From positions 3,588 to 67,587 of the forward strand of contig CAUDHE010000002.1 in the NCBI GenBank assembly GCA_958449275.1: DNA of 64,000 bases, in the 5' to 3' direction. The first letter of the stretch is position 1; each line of letters begins with the position of its first letter. The notes under the pieces are model-generated. The model was not told the origin of the DNA and searched no databases. It worked only from the letters and a program-made list of their open reading frames with translations. Position numbers and translations under genes: made by a program. The DNA is from an uncultured Alistipes sp. (lineage in GTDB: Bacteria; Bacteroidota; Bacteroidia; Bacteroidales; Rikenellaceae). Shown piece after piece: positions 46,427 through 55,922 of this stretch.

Positions 46427-47350
46427 TTATAACGTTCCCTCCACGGCGCGGATGAATATGTCGTTCATGCTCGGCATCACTTCGCTGAACGAACGCAACT
46501 CGACGGCGCCGTTCACGGCCGTCACCGTATCGCGCACCGTCGTGTCGGGCTTCAGACGCAGACGCATGGTGCGATAAGGCGTGTCGGCTGGTTCCGCCGT
46601 GCCGATTATGTCGGCCATAGGCTTCACGGCCGCGGTCAGCGTGGCGGCATCTCCGCCGTAGATCACCTCGAATATGTTTTCGCCGAAGCGGCGGCGGACC
46701 TCGTCGACCGAGCCCGAGAGTATGTTGTGCGATTTGTTGATAAGGGTGATGTGGTCGCATATCTCCTCCACGCTCGACATGTTGTGCGTTGAAAAGATCA
46801 CGGTGGCGCCTTCGTCCCTCAGGCGCAGGATCTCCTGCTTGAGCAAATTGGCGTTTATGGGATCGAAGCCCGAGAACGGCTCGTCGAAGATCAGCAGCTT
46901 GGGTCGGTGCAACACCGTGGTGATGAACTGCACCTTTTGGGCCATGCCTTTCGAGAGATCCTCCACTTTGCGATTCCACCAGTCCTCGATGCCGAAACGT
47001 ACGAACCACTCCTTCAGCCGCGTCACGGCCTCCTTGCGCGACAGCCCTTTCAGTCGGGCGAAGAATACTGCCTGCTCGCCCACCTTCATCTTCTTGTAGA
47101 GTCCGCGCTCTTCGGGCAGGTAGCCTATGTGGTAAATGTCCTCGTCGGTTATGGCGCGGCCGTCGAATACGGCTCGCCCCTCGTCGGGCAGCGTGATGCG
47201 GGTTATGACGCGTATGAGCGTTGTTTTGCCCGCGCCGTTGGGTCCCAGAAGACCGTAGATCGAGCCTCGGGGTACGGAGAGCGACACGTTGTCGAGCGCC
47301 GTATGGGCGGAATAACGTTTGGTGACGTTCTCTATTTGCAGAATGTCCAT
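46427..47350 (-). CDS. ABC transporter ATP-binding protein (NatA-like)
   Basis: Walker A GPNGAGKTT, signature LSKGMAQK, Walker B LLIFDEP. The ATG at 47350 (MDILQIENV) is used. The ORF-track extension to 47896 overlaps the next gene. Confidence 0.93.
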   Translation of the reverse strand: MDILQIENVTKRYSAHTALDNVSLSVPRGSIYGLLGPNGAGKTTLIRVITRITLPDEGRAVFDGRAITDEDIYHIGYLPEERGLYKKMKVGEQAVFFARLKGLSRKEAVTRLKEWFVRFGIEDWWNRKVEDLSKGMAQKVQFITTVLHRPKLLIFDEPFSGFDPINANLLKQEILRLRDEGATVIFSTHNMSSVEEICDHITLINKSHNILSGSVDEVRRRFGENIFEVIYGGDAATLTAAVKPMADIIGTAEPADTPYRTMRLRLKPDTTVRDTVTAVNGAVELRSFSEVMPSMNDIFIRAVEGTL

Positions 47351-47435
47351 TTTATGTTCGGGATTTACGTGTGTAACAAACGGGTTCGTCAAACTAATAG
47401 TCGTCGAACGAAGCGTAAAATTACAAAAAAATGCG

Positions 47436-47475
47436 AAAAAAAACATATCCGACGGCCGAATCGACCGTCGGATAT
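47436..47475 (-). terminator. Rho-independent terminator of the flavoprotein gene
   Basis: Minus strand reads atatccgacgg-(9-nt loop)-ccgtcggatat, followed by GTTTTTTTT. Confidence 0.75.
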
Positions 47476-47520
47476 CGTATACTCGACGCGTAATTGCGTC
47501 CGTGTGCTCTAAAACGCCGA

Positions 47521-48900
47521 TCAATACAATCCGCGCAACATGAGTTGGAAATATACGGGCTTGAGCATGTATACTTTCAGGATCCACGCCGCCCACTGCT
47601 CGCGCGACATGTCGAGCAGCGAGAAGGGGAACGTTATCTGCGGCTCCTTGTCGTAATCGAACTCGCACAGCAGCACGTGACCGTAATCGGTCACGATGGG
47701 ACATGCGGCGTAGCCGTTGTATTTGGCCTCGGGAGCACGTCCCTCCATCAGCGACACGAGGTTCTCCACCGCCACGGGCAGCTGCTTGCGCACGGCGGCC
47801 GAGGTCTTGCTGGTGGGGATGCCCGCGCAGTCGCCCAAACATATGATATTGGAGTATGCGAGGTGAACGAGGGTCTCCTTGTCGGTCATGGCCCATCCGT
47901 CGGCGGCGAGTTTGCCCTCGGTCCAGCTCAGACCCGATTCGCGCACGAAGTCGGGAGCCGACTGGGGCGCCATGAAGTGCATGAAGTCGTAATCCTCGGT
48001 GAACGGGGTCACGATCTTCTCGTCGCCCGCCGTCTCCACGCGCTCGAAATAGGCGCGTTTGGCTGAGGTATCGATACCCTTCAGACGCACGTTCACATCC
48101 ACGGGGATGTTGCGCTCCTTATATATCTCCTCCAGTCTCTTGGTGAAATAGGGCACGTCGTAGAGCTGCTTTTCGGCCGTGTAGTAATGCAGGTCGACAT
48201 CATTCGTCCTGCCGTTCTTGCGGGCGTTGTCCCACGTCAGAAGGCATATCTTCTTGGGGGCGCCGCCGCACTTGTGCTTGGTGTAGGTGTCGCAGAATAT
48301 TCCGCGGCCGCCCTTTTCGGCGAACTCCTTCATGGCGGGCCAGGTGAGCTGTGCGCCTTCGAAATCGTAGATGCTGTGGGCGTTGCCCTGACCCAGAGTC
48401 TCTTTGGTGATACCCTCGACCTCGTCCCAGTTGATCTGCGCGCCAGGGGCCAGCACCAGAAAATCGTAGTCGATCTTGCCGTTCGCGACCGTCTCCAGAG
48501 TGTTGGCGTCGGGGCGGATGATCTTCACGCAGTCCTTCACCCACTTTATGCCGGAAGGCATGCAGTCGGCCTGCGGTTTCCACACATCGTCGGCGCCGTA
48601 GACGCCGCCCGCTATGAGTGTGAACCCGGGCTGGTAGAACTGACGGTCGCTGGGGTCGATCAACGTGATGTCGGGATTCTTCAGTACGCGCTTCAGACGC
48701 GCCGCCATGCCGATACCCGCCGCGCCGCCGCCGACTATGACGATGCGTCCCTTGGCGTTGCTTTTGGCGGCATAGGCCTTGTCGGTTCCGAGAGCGAGGA
48801 ATGCTCCCGCCACGGCCATGAGTTGCAGAAACTGGGCGCGCGAAATCACGCCGTCGCGTTCCATCTTCTTCAACTCCTTTTCAAAATCGAGGTTTTCCAT
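47521..48900 (-). CDS. FAD-dependent pyridine-nucleotide-disulfide oxidoreductase, sulfide:quinone-reductase/FccB-like, with an N-terminal export-like signal
   Basis: GRIVIVGGGAAGIGMAARL dinucleotide fold preceded by ISRAQFLQLMAVAGAFLALG. An alternative start M13 lies at 48864. Confidence 0.75.
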   Translation of the reverse strand: MENLDFEKELKKMERDGVISRAQFLQLMAVAGAFLALGTDKAYAAKSNAKGRIVIVGGGAAGIGMAARLKRVLKNPDITLIDPSDRQFYQPGFTLIAGGVYGADDVWKPQADCMPSGIKWVKDCVKIIRPDANTLETVANGKIDYDFLVLAPGAQINWDEVEGITKETLGQGNAHSIYDFEGAQLTWPAMKEFAEKGGRGIFCDTYTKHKCGGAPKKICLLTWDNARKNGRTNDVDLHYYTAEKQLYDVPYFTKRLEEIYKERNIPVDVNVRLKGIDTSAKRAYFERVETAGDEKIVTPFTEDYDFMHFMAPQSAPDFVRESGLSWTEGKLAADGWAMTDKETLVHLAYSNIICLGDCAGIPTSKTSAAVRKQLPVAVENLVSLMEGRAPEAKYNGYAACPIVTDYGHVLLCEFDYDKEPQITFPFSLLDMSREQWAAWILKVYMLKPVYFQLMLRGLY

Positions 48901-49005
48901 AGTATACAGATTGTTATATCATTATCGTTTCGTTCACGGGCGGGCCGCACGATAGGACGAGCGTTGCGCCTGCGAGTCGCGGAGTCATGCGGTTCGCCGC
49001 CGTCG

Positions 49006-49013
49006 CAAAGGTA
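49006..49013 (-). promoter_or_regulatory. -7 box (TACCTTTG) for the flavoprotein gene
   Basis: Plus-strand CAAAGGTA, about 105 nt upstream of the ATG at 48900. Confidence 0.4.
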
Positions 49014-49047
49014 AATATTTTCGCGACAAAACCATATTTTCGGTCCG

Positions 49048-50169
49048 TTATTCCCGTCGTCGCAGACGTTCGCGCAACGTTCCCGCCCAGAATCCCGCGG
49101 CGAAAGGCAGTCCCAACACGATGAGCACGAGCAGAATGATCCATACGGCTATTTTTCCCGCGGCCGCCATGATGCGATCCATCGCCTGCGCCACGATACC
49201 GTCGGCTATGCTGCGGCCCTGCTCGATGGCCGCTTCGCGTTCGGCCGAAACGAATTGCTGTATTTCGTTGCGCTGTCGGTCTATCTGCCCGAAAGCGTTG
49301 TCGAGGCTGCGTTCCAGAGTGTGCATCATGGTCTCCACATGGACGTTGAACACGGCCAGCACCGTGTCGGAGATCTGCGGGATGTTCTCCATCACCGCCA
49401 CTATGCGTTCGAAGTTGCGGTCGAGGCTGTCGAGCTGCGCCTGCACGGCTTGCGCGGTGCTGTCGCGCTCCCACTCTATCTCGACTATGTCTTTCGTCCA
49501 CGACAAAGCGTTTATCGCCTGCCCCGTCTGGCCGCTCATGCGGTCGCTCATATCGGCCACCACGTCGGCTATCGACCCCGTGGCATACGATACCTCCTCG
49601 CCGTTCTCCTTCATGAACTCTATCCACGCCAGCGTGGTATTGGGCGACACCTCGCCTTCGCCCAACGGATTTTCGGCTATGTAACGCCGCACGTACTCGC
49701 GCATCAGGCGATAGCGTCCGCCGTCCAGCGCATCGTGCGCCACCGAGTCGACGCGCAGTGCCATGCGTCGCACCGCATCGCGGGCATAGTCGGAGAACGG
49801 ACCGAACAGCATCGAATCGGGAGCGGTGTCGAACGACGTCTCCATGCGGCGGAACAATATCCACATGTCGGCCAAGGCCACGTCGGGAATACCCTGCATG
49901 GCGGCCGAGACGGCCGCTCGCGTGGCGCGTATTTTCCAACGTATGGCACGTATGCGTATCTTCGGATCATCCGATCGGGCTATGGAGTCGGCCGCCGCCG
50001 TCACCTCGTTGGCAAGCCCGTAGTAGAGTCCTCGCGTCATGACTCTTACGCGGGCCTCCGATTGCGGAAGCTCGGCGCCCGTGTCGAGCGACAATTTCAG
50101 CAGCGAACACCCCGTAAGGGCGAAGGTCAACGCCGCTGCCAACAATATTTCCGTACAGATTCGTTTCAT
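49048..50169 (-). CDS. Helical lipoprotein of unknown function with a C-terminal TM anchor
   Basis: Lipoprotein signal MKRICTEILLAAALTFALTGC. C-terminal IAVWIILLVLIVLGLPFAAGFW, then a basic tail. Confidence 0.65.
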   Translation of the reverse strand: MKRICTEILLAAALTFALTGCSLLKLSLDTGAELPQSEARVRVMTRGLYYGLANEVTAAADSIARSDDPKIRIRAIRWKIRATRAAVSAAMQGIPDVALADMWILFRRMETSFDTAPDSMLFGPFSDYARDAVRRMALRVDSVAHDALDGGRYRLMREYVRRYIAENPLGEGEVSPNTTLAWIEFMKENGEEVSYATGSIADVVADMSDRMSGQTGQAINALSWTKDIVEIEWERDSTAQAVQAQLDSLDRNFERIVAVMENIPQISDTVLAVFNVHVETMMHTLERSLDNAFGQIDRQRNEIQQFVSAEREAAIEQGRSIADGIVAQAMDRIMAAAGKIAVWIILLVLIVLGLPFAAGFWAGTLRERLRRRE

Positions 50170-50204
50170 TATCGCGGGTTTTCGGGTCGGTAGTGCCGAG
50201 GCCT

Positions 50205-51185
50205 TTACAGCCACTTCTTATATTTGAAAAACCAGAACGTCGCACCCGAGAACAGCAGCATCAATGCTATGGCGAACAGATATCCCAGCGGAAGAGTGTA
50301 GTCGCCTATGTCGAGCGTCCACTCCAGCTCGGGCATCGAACGGAAGTTCATGCCGTATATGCTGGCTATGAGCGTGGCGGGCAGGAATATGACGGCCGCC
50401 ACCGAGAAGATCTTCACTATCTCGTTCTGCTCGATGTTGATAAGTCCGAGGGCCGAATCCTGAATGTAGTCGAGTCGCTGGAAACTGAAATCGGCGTGGT
50501 TGATGAGCGAGTTCACATCCTTGAGCATGAGTTGCAAACGCGGGTAGACATCGTTGGGAAAGCGCTCGCTTTTCAGGATGCTCGACAATATGCGCTGACG
50601 GTCGAAGATGTTCTCGCGCAACACCATCGTATTCTCCTGCAAGGCGTTGATACGATGTATGACGGCCTTGTCGATCGAATCCTCGGTTATGATGTCCTTG
50701 CTCAGCGAGGCCACCTGCTTGGCGACGAACTCCACCAAGTCGGCATCGAAATCGATACGCACCTCCAGCAGCGATATGAATATGTGGTAGCCCGTCGAAT
50801 AGCCTCGGTAGTTCATCTGCAAACGCTTCTCGGCCTCGCGGAACGTGCGCGACTCGGAGTTGCGCACCGACACCAGCACACCCTCGTTCGAGATGATGAA
50901 CGACACCGGCTCCACGGTAAACGAATCGCCCGCGGGTACGAAGAAGTTGGTGTTCGAGATGATGGAGTTCTCCGTTTCGGAGTATTTCGACGTCGACTCG
51001 ATCTCCTCCACCTGCTGACGGGTCTGGAGGCTCTCCTCCATGAAGTTCTCGACGGCTTTCTGCTCCTTGATCGACGGCGAAAGCAGGTCGATCCACAGAA
51101 TGTCGTCGTAACCCAACGTATCCAAAAGATCGGGTTCGGCGTTGCGGATTATCTTATTGTATTGCTTGAGATAGATGGTGATCAT
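50205..51185 (-). CDS. corA: CorA-family magnesium/cobalt transporter
   Basis: C-terminal LPATLIASIYGMNF (GMN motif) and two TM helices. Confidence 0.92.
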   Translation of the reverse strand: MITIYLKQYNKIIRNAEPDLLDTLGYDDILWIDLLSPSIKEQKAVENFMEESLQTRQQVEEIESTSKYSETENSIISNTNFFVPAGDSFTVEPVSFIISNEGVLVSVRNSESRTFREAEKRLQMNYRGYSTGYHIFISLLEVRIDFDADLVEFVAKQVASLSKDIITEDSIDKAVIHRINALQENTMVLRENIFDRQRILSSILKSERFPNDVYPRLQLMLKDVNSLINHADFSFQRLDYIQDSALGLINIEQNEIVKIFSVAAVIFLPATLIASIYGMNFRSMPELEWTLDIGDYTLPLGYLFAIALMLLFSGATFWFFKYKKWL

Positions 51186-51282
51186 GGCTGCATTGTTTTA
51201 CGGGTTGAACTCCTTGCGGGATAGTGACGGGCGCGCAACACGCCTCGCCGAGAGTTTCCGTCGCCTGCGGCGGTCACCCTCT

Positions 51283-52083
51283 TCAGCCCGGATTGGATCG
51301 GGGCGTCACCTTCAGACCCGCGTTCCAGAACTTATGCAGCGCCGCATGTTTCTCGGCGTTGAATACGAAATCGATGTTTTGCGTCAGATAGCCGTAAGCG
51401 TCGTAAGGCTTTTTGTCGAAGCCCTCCTCCGTTATGGCTTCCCATATCGACTCCACACCGAACGTCAGGGCATGTTGCAGAGCGTCGATCAGCTCGTAGG
51501 AGGTGCCTTTGCGGGCCACCCACACGGCGAAAGCGAAAGGCATGCCCGTATGCGCACGCCACTCCTCGGCCAAATCGTAGGAGTAGGCGAACAGCCCCTC
51601 GTGGTCGAACACCTTGTCGCCTATGAGCAGGAACGCGTCGCCTTCACGGGCGAAAGCCGGTTGCGTGTAGTCGGTCAGATCGTACCATTCGGGAGCGATT
51701 TTCCACTTCGATGCGGCCAGATACCCCGTAAGCTGCACCGACGTGCGCGAATGCGCATCGAGAAATATGCGGCGCACCTTCTCTATCGGAGTGTTGGACA
51801 ACAGTACCACCGTGCGTACGGGCCCCGAAGCGCCTACGCAGTAATCGGTAATTATTTCGGTGGATTTCATTTGCGGAACCGCCGCCGAGGGAATCAGAGC
51901 TATGTCGGCCAAGCCTCGGGCGTAATTTTCGGCGCAATCGGCGGGAGGAGCGAGCAGGAGATCGGCGCGAAGACTACCTTCGTGCCTGATGCCGTAGATG
52001 AACGGTATCGTATTCAGATACGACACCGCCGCTATGCGTGGAATATTGACCATCGTCCATACGTTTCTCCTAATCGGTTTCAT
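51283..52083 (-). CDS. mqnA: MqnA-family (VitK2_biosynth, chorismate dehydratase-like) protein; the start may be 52053
   Basis: RIAAVSYLNTIPFIYGI N-terminus. A -7 box at 52122-52129 rules out the ORF-track start at 52173. Confidence 0.7.
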   Translation of the reverse strand: MKPIRRNVWTMVNIPRIAAVSYLNTIPFIYGIRHEGSLRADLLLAPPADCAENYARGLADIALIPSAAVPQMKSTEIITDYCVGASGPVRTVVLLSNTPIEKVRRIFLDAHSRTSVQLTGYLAASKWKIAPEWYDLTDYTQPAFAREGDAFLLIGDKVFDHEGLFAYSYDLAEEWRAHTGMPFAFAVWVARKGTSYELIDALQHALTFGVESIWEAITEEGFDKKPYDAYGYLTQNIDFVFNAEKHAALHKFWNAGLKVTPRSNPG

Positions 52084-52121
52084 GTCAGTCGTTTCGCCCC
52101 GTTCGGCGAACTTCCGATCTG

Positions 52122-52153
52122 CAAAGATAACAAATCGTATGCAAAATAGCAAA
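52122..52153 (-). promoter_or_regulatory. Promoter (-7 TATCTTTG, -33 TTTG) for mqnA
   Basis: Plus-strand CAAAGATA at 52122-52129 and CAAA at 52150-52153, 20-nt spacer. Confidence 0.55.
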
Positions 52154-52235
52154 TAATATTTAGGTCCCCGCAACCCTGATTCATCCCGTCACCGAACGAC
52201 TCGGCTCGGTGCGGCGCGGGATTTTTGCGGCTCGC

Positions 52236-53150
52236 CTATTCGAACGCTTCGCGGACTGGTTTGCCGCGCCATGCGTCGGGCGTGGCCGCGCCGAAAATGT
52301 AGGCGATGGTAGGCGCCGTGTCGTAGCGCATCACCGAAGCCGCAATTTCGTGGCCGCTCTTTACGCCGCGGCCGAAAAATATCAGCGGAGCCTCCATTTC
52401 CGCCATCGTGGTGCCGCCGTGTCCCGTTCCCGTGCCGCCGTGATCGGATACGATGACGAATATGGTGCCGTCGTACATGCCGACTCGCTTGGTCGTCGCC
52501 ACGATTCGGGCCAGATGCGCATCCAGTTCGTGCATGCGATCCATGTAAGGCTCCGATCCCCAGCCGTATTTATGCCCCTCCGCATCGGGCGAATCGTAGA
52601 TCACCATCGAAAACTCGGGCTTGTGCTCCGCGAGATAGGCGGTGAAGGCGTCGGTGATATCGTCGCTGCGGTTCTCGCCCGTCGGGATATGCTTGTGATA
52701 TGTCGCGGCCTTGTTGTCTATCAGGTCGCCCTGCACATCCCATTCGTACATGACGCATATGTCCATGTCGGGATCGTGGTCGCGCAGGACCGTCAGTATG
52801 GTGGGGAATATGCCGTTTTTGCCGAGTTCCACCGACGGGAAATCGGGCTTTCGGCTTCCCCAAGTATTGAACCCGTGCATTTCTGGCCCTACGCCCATAT
52901 ACATCGAAGCCCAGTTGCAGGCGCTCGACGAGGGGAGAATGCTGCGGGCTTTCGCTGTCCATGCGCCTTCGTCGATCATCGTTTGCAGGGTCGGCATGTC
53001 GAGTTTGTCGAGCACATTGCCTGCCAAACCGTCGAAGCCGACCACGACCACGTGTTTTACGCCGCGTATGCCTCCTCGGTCGTTTCCGACGCAAGATACG
53101 AATAACGCGAATGCCGACAGAGCGATCAGAAAGAGTGCGGTCTTTTTCAT
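52236..53150 (-). CDS. Alkaline-phosphatase-superfamily lipoprotein (nucleotide pyrophosphatase/phosphodiesterase-like)
   Basis: Lipoprotein signal MKKTALFLIALSAFALFVSC. VVVGFDGL, SSACNWASM, DSPDAEGHKYGW, SDHGG. Confidence 0.82.
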   Translation of the reverse strand: MKKTALFLIALSAFALFVSCVGNDRGGIRGVKHVVVVGFDGLAGNVLDKLDMPTLQTMIDEGAWTAKARSILPSSSACNWASMYMGVGPEMHGFNTWGSRKPDFPSVELGKNGIFPTILTVLRDHDPDMDICVMYEWDVQGDLIDNKAATYHKHIPTGENRSDDITDAFTAYLAEHKPEFSMVIYDSPDAEGHKYGWGSEPYMDRMHELDAHLARIVATTKRVGMYDGTIFVIVSDHGGTGTGHGGTTMAEMEAPLIFFGRGVKSGHEIAASVMRYDTAPTIAYIFGAATPDAWRGKPVREAFE

Positions 53151-53182
53151 GGGAAATGATTTTAGGGGTTATTTTTCGTATA

Positions 53183-53190
53183 CAAATATA
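53183..53190 (-). promoter_or_regulatory. -7 box (TATATTTG) for the phosphodiesterase gene
   Basis: Plus-strand CAAATATA, 33 nt upstream of the ATG at 53150. Confidence 0.5.
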
Positions 53191-53234
53191 ACCGAATCAT
53201 TCGATTCGCGCAATCGCCGCATTGCGAAACCGGT

Positions 53235-53270
53235 AAAAAAAACGGTTGTCCGCACAATGGGACAACCGTT
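53235..53270 (-). terminator. Rho-independent terminator of the coiled-coil gene
   Basis: Minus strand reads aacggttgtcc-(8-nt loop)-ggacaaccgtt, followed by T8. Confidence 0.8.
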
Positions 53271-53292
53271 GATGCTTCGGCGCCGTGAGCCG

Positions 53293-54213
53293 TTATCGCA
53301 TGGCGACGTCGGCCTGACCGATGAGACGGCCTTCGGTATAGAGCTCCACGCGATAGGTACCCGCGGTGAAGCCGCTGCCGTTGTAGAATATCTTGACGGG
53401 AAGATCGTCGTTCTGATAATCGACGTCGCGTTGCGCCGAGTATATCTTGGGTTCGCCTTCGAACGTGAACGACGCCGCATCGGGTGTCGACAGCACGTAG
53501 CCGTCGGGCGATGTGATGCAGACATATATGGTCTTGGCTCCCGGCTCGGCCAGTTCGTTGCCCGCCAGCACGAAGTTGACGCTCAGACGAGCCGCATTCT
53601 TCACTCGTGTGATCTCCTTGCTCTTGGCGTTGAGCGCCGCCATGGTTATGTTGCGGGCGCGGATTACCGAACCTACGCGCACCTTGTTGTTCAACTCCTC
53701 GGCACGCTCCTCGGCCATCTCTGCGCGCAACTGGGCGGTCGAAATCTCTTTCTTGTAGTTGATATTCTCTTTCACCAGCTTCTTGTTGAGGTTGTTGAGC
53801 GAGTCGATCTGACGTATGTAACCCTGCATCACGGTACGCAGCGTACCCACCTCTTTCTCATAAGCACGTATCTTGGCATAGTTGAGGCGACGCTCGTTCT
53901 TGAGCTGTTCCATCAGCTGGTTGGCCTCCTCGAGGTTGGCTGCGATGGAGTCGTTCTTGATCTTCAGGTCGTCGAACGAGACGATGAGACTGTCCAGATC
54001 GCCCTGAATCTTGTTGCGATCCTGTTCCAGAAGCACGTATTCGGCCTGCTGCTCGCGGTGTATGTTGAAGTAGAGCAACGACAATGCCACCAGTATGACT
54101 GCCAGAATTATGATTACTATACGGTAACCGCGCACGGCTTTGTTGTCCGTCTCCTGACGATCGTACTCGTCCTCGTACATCGAGTCGTCGTAATCGTTAT
54201 ATTCGTCTCTCAT
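53293..54213 (-). CDS. Single-pass membrane protein: acidic/Tyr-rich N-tail, coiled coil, beta-rich C-terminal domain
   Basis: MRDEYNDYDDSMYEDEYDRQE tail, TM helix IVIIILAVILVALSLLYF, heptad-like region of about 150 aa. Confidence 0.65.
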   Translation of the reverse strand: MRDEYNDYDDSMYEDEYDRQETDNKAVRGYRIVIIILAVILVALSLLYFNIHREQQAEYVLLEQDRNKIQGDLDSLIVSFDDLKIKNDSIAANLEEANQLMEQLKNERRLNYAKIRAYEKEVGTLRTVMQGYIRQIDSLNNLNKKLVKENINYKKEISTAQLRAEMAEERAEELNNKVRVGSVIRARNITMAALNAKSKEITRVKNAARLSVNFVLAGNELAEPGAKTIYVCITSPDGYVLSTPDAASFTFEGEPKIYSAQRDVDYQNDDLPVKIFYNGSGFTAGTYRVELYTEGRLIGQADVAMR

Positions 54214-54284
54214 AAACTTAATGTTTTTGATATTTCAGGTCCAATCCTCGGCGGGGCTGCCGACGGCACGCCCGCTTTCTCTCG

Positions 54285-54292
54285 CAAAGATA
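54285..54292 (-). promoter_or_regulatory. -7 box (TATCTTTG) for the coiled-coil gene
   Basis: Plus-strand CAAAGATA, 72 nt upstream of the ATG at 54213. Confidence 0.45.
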
Positions 54293-54419
54293 AGTTATTT
54301 TTGCAAACTATGTACAAATTTGCACTTTTTCTCGCCCTCCCGCGGCAGGGCGAAACGCAAAATTTCGACATAAGGAGAAAAAATGGCTTGAATATTGAGC
54401 GGGAATCGACATAAAATGA

Positions 54420-54427
54420 TATTTTTG
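54420..54427 (+). promoter_or_regulatory. -7 box (TATTTTTG) for the Trp-rich lipoprotein gene
   Basis: Exact TAnnTTTG match about 130 nt upstream of the ATG at 54555. Confidence 0.4.
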
Positions 54428-54554
54428 CATTGTAAATATAAGGTATGCGCGGCCGCGCGCAATAAAAGCGTCGGTTTTTACGTTATCCGTACAGGAGATA
54501 CCATACCGATACGTATCTCGCGCGAATCCTCGCATTCGATTTAACCTTAAACCT

Positions 54555-55892
54555 ATGTGCGCTATGAAGAACTTGAAGAGTATTTTAGTCGCGACACTCA
54601 CGGCACTGGCCGCGAGCGCATGCACGTCGGCCTATTATGGTTCGGCGGGCGATTACGACGATCTATACGCCACACACGACAGAGGAGCCATAGCCGACCG
54701 ACAGCGCGCCCAAGCCGAGGCACGTCGCGCCGAAGCCGAGGCTCGCAAGGCCGAAGCGGAAGCGCGTCAGGCCGAATGGAATGCCCGAACGGCCGAGATA
54801 CTTGCCGCTGCGGGCGGGATCGACGGCGTGACGGCAGCCGATTCGGACAATCGGATAATAATAGTCGAGGACGACTCGCCGCAGAGTTTCGTGGCCGACA
54901 GCTACGAAAGCGCCTATGCGCGCCGTCTGCGCGGATTCACCTCGCCCAACTACCGCATGCCGTCGAGCTACTTCAATTTGCGCTACGGAGGCAGCTACGC
55001 CTTCGCCACGGCCTACGACCCTGCGGTATACAACATAATGGTGTCGGGCGATCAGGTGTGGGTGGAGCCCAAGTACATCACCTCCATGTTCGGCACGTGG
55101 GGTGCGGCCAATGCCACGGCCATACTCTGCTCGCCGTGGTACTACGGCTGGAGTCATTACGACCCGTGGTACTATTCGTGGTGGGGATACCCCCGCTATT
55201 CGTGGTACGACTGGAATTGGAACATATGTTATGGATGGAATTACGGCTGGGGGTCCAACATTTGGTGGGGCTGGGGCGGACTCTATCGTCCGTGGCATTA
55301 CCACCATTACGGCCCGGGCTGGGGAGGTCCTCACTGGGGACACGACCATTGGGGCTGGGGACCGCAGTACGGCGGCGGTGGCGGCGGTTACTGGAACCGC
55401 GGCGGCAGCTACTACGGTTCGCGCAACAACGACACCCGATTCCCGGGTGGAGGCAATTCGCGCCCCTCGCGCGGCAATTCGATAGTGAACCGCGGCTCGT
55501 CGACCTCGACGCCCTATCGCTCGCCCAACACGGGCAACTCTTACGGTACGCCGTCGCGCGGCAGCAACGCCGCCGCAAACATCCGTCAGGAGACTTCGGG
55601 TTCGCGAGGCCGAGGTACGGTCACCACCTCGACCACCACGAACCGCAACGACAACGGTTCGATGCGCAACCGCAACACGTTGGAAAACCGCACCACCACG
55701 CGCAACGACGACAGCTACCGCAACAACAGCAATTACAACAATAACAATTCGAGTTTCAATTCTAACCGCGGCACCTCGTCGTCTTCGTCGTTCGGATCGG
55801 GTTCGTCGGGCGGTGCCTCGCGCGGAGGCGGCTTCTCGGGCGGTAGCGGCAGCGGCGGCGGTTCGCGAAGCGGCGGCTCGCGCGGACGATAA
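54555..55892 (+). CDS. Low-complexity lipoprotein: AEAR repeats, Trp/Tyr/Gly-rich block, S/N/R/G-rich RGG-like tail (start 54555 or 54564)
   Basis: Only this frame has a lipoprotein signal (MKNLKSILVATLTALAASAC). See the corresponding finding. Confidence 0.65.
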   Translation: MCAMKNLKSILVATLTALAASACTSAYYGSAGDYDDLYATHDRGAIADRQRAQAEARRAEAEARKAEAEARQAEWNARTAEILAAAGGIDGVTAADSDNRIIIVEDDSPQSFVADSYESAYARRLRGFTSPNYRMPSSYFNLRYGGSYAFATAYDPAVYNIMVSGDQVWVEPKYITSMFGTWGAANATAILCSPWYYGWSHYDPWYYSWWGYPRYSWYDWNWNICYGWNYGWGSNIWWGWGGLYRPWHYHHYGPGWGGPHWGHDHWGWGPQYGGGGGGYWNRGGSYYGSRNNDTRFPGGGNSRPSRGNSIVNRGSSTSTPYRSPNTGNSYGTPSRGSNAAANIRQETSGSRGRGTVTTSTTTNRNDNGSMRNRNTLENRTTTRNDDSYRNNSNYNNNNSSFNSNRGTSSSSSFGSGSSGGASRGGGFSGGSGSGGGSRSGGSRGR

Positions 55893-55922
55893 TGTCCATA
55901 ACATTAACTAAATGTGTGCAAA

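Noticed and set aside
42785-54520. Palindrome GATACGTATC present in both the susC leader (42786-42795) and the leader of the Trp-rich lipoprotein gene (near 54509)
   Set aside because: With only two copies of a 10-mer I cannot distinguish a shared operator from chance without a genome-wide motif search.
54557-55904. Alternative long ORFs over the low-complexity gene (54557-55744 +, 395 aa; 54663-55904 -, 413 aa)
   Set aside because: They are by-products of the repetitive G/C-rich codons. Only the 54555 frame has a start context with a lipoprotein signal peptide and a downstream partner gene.
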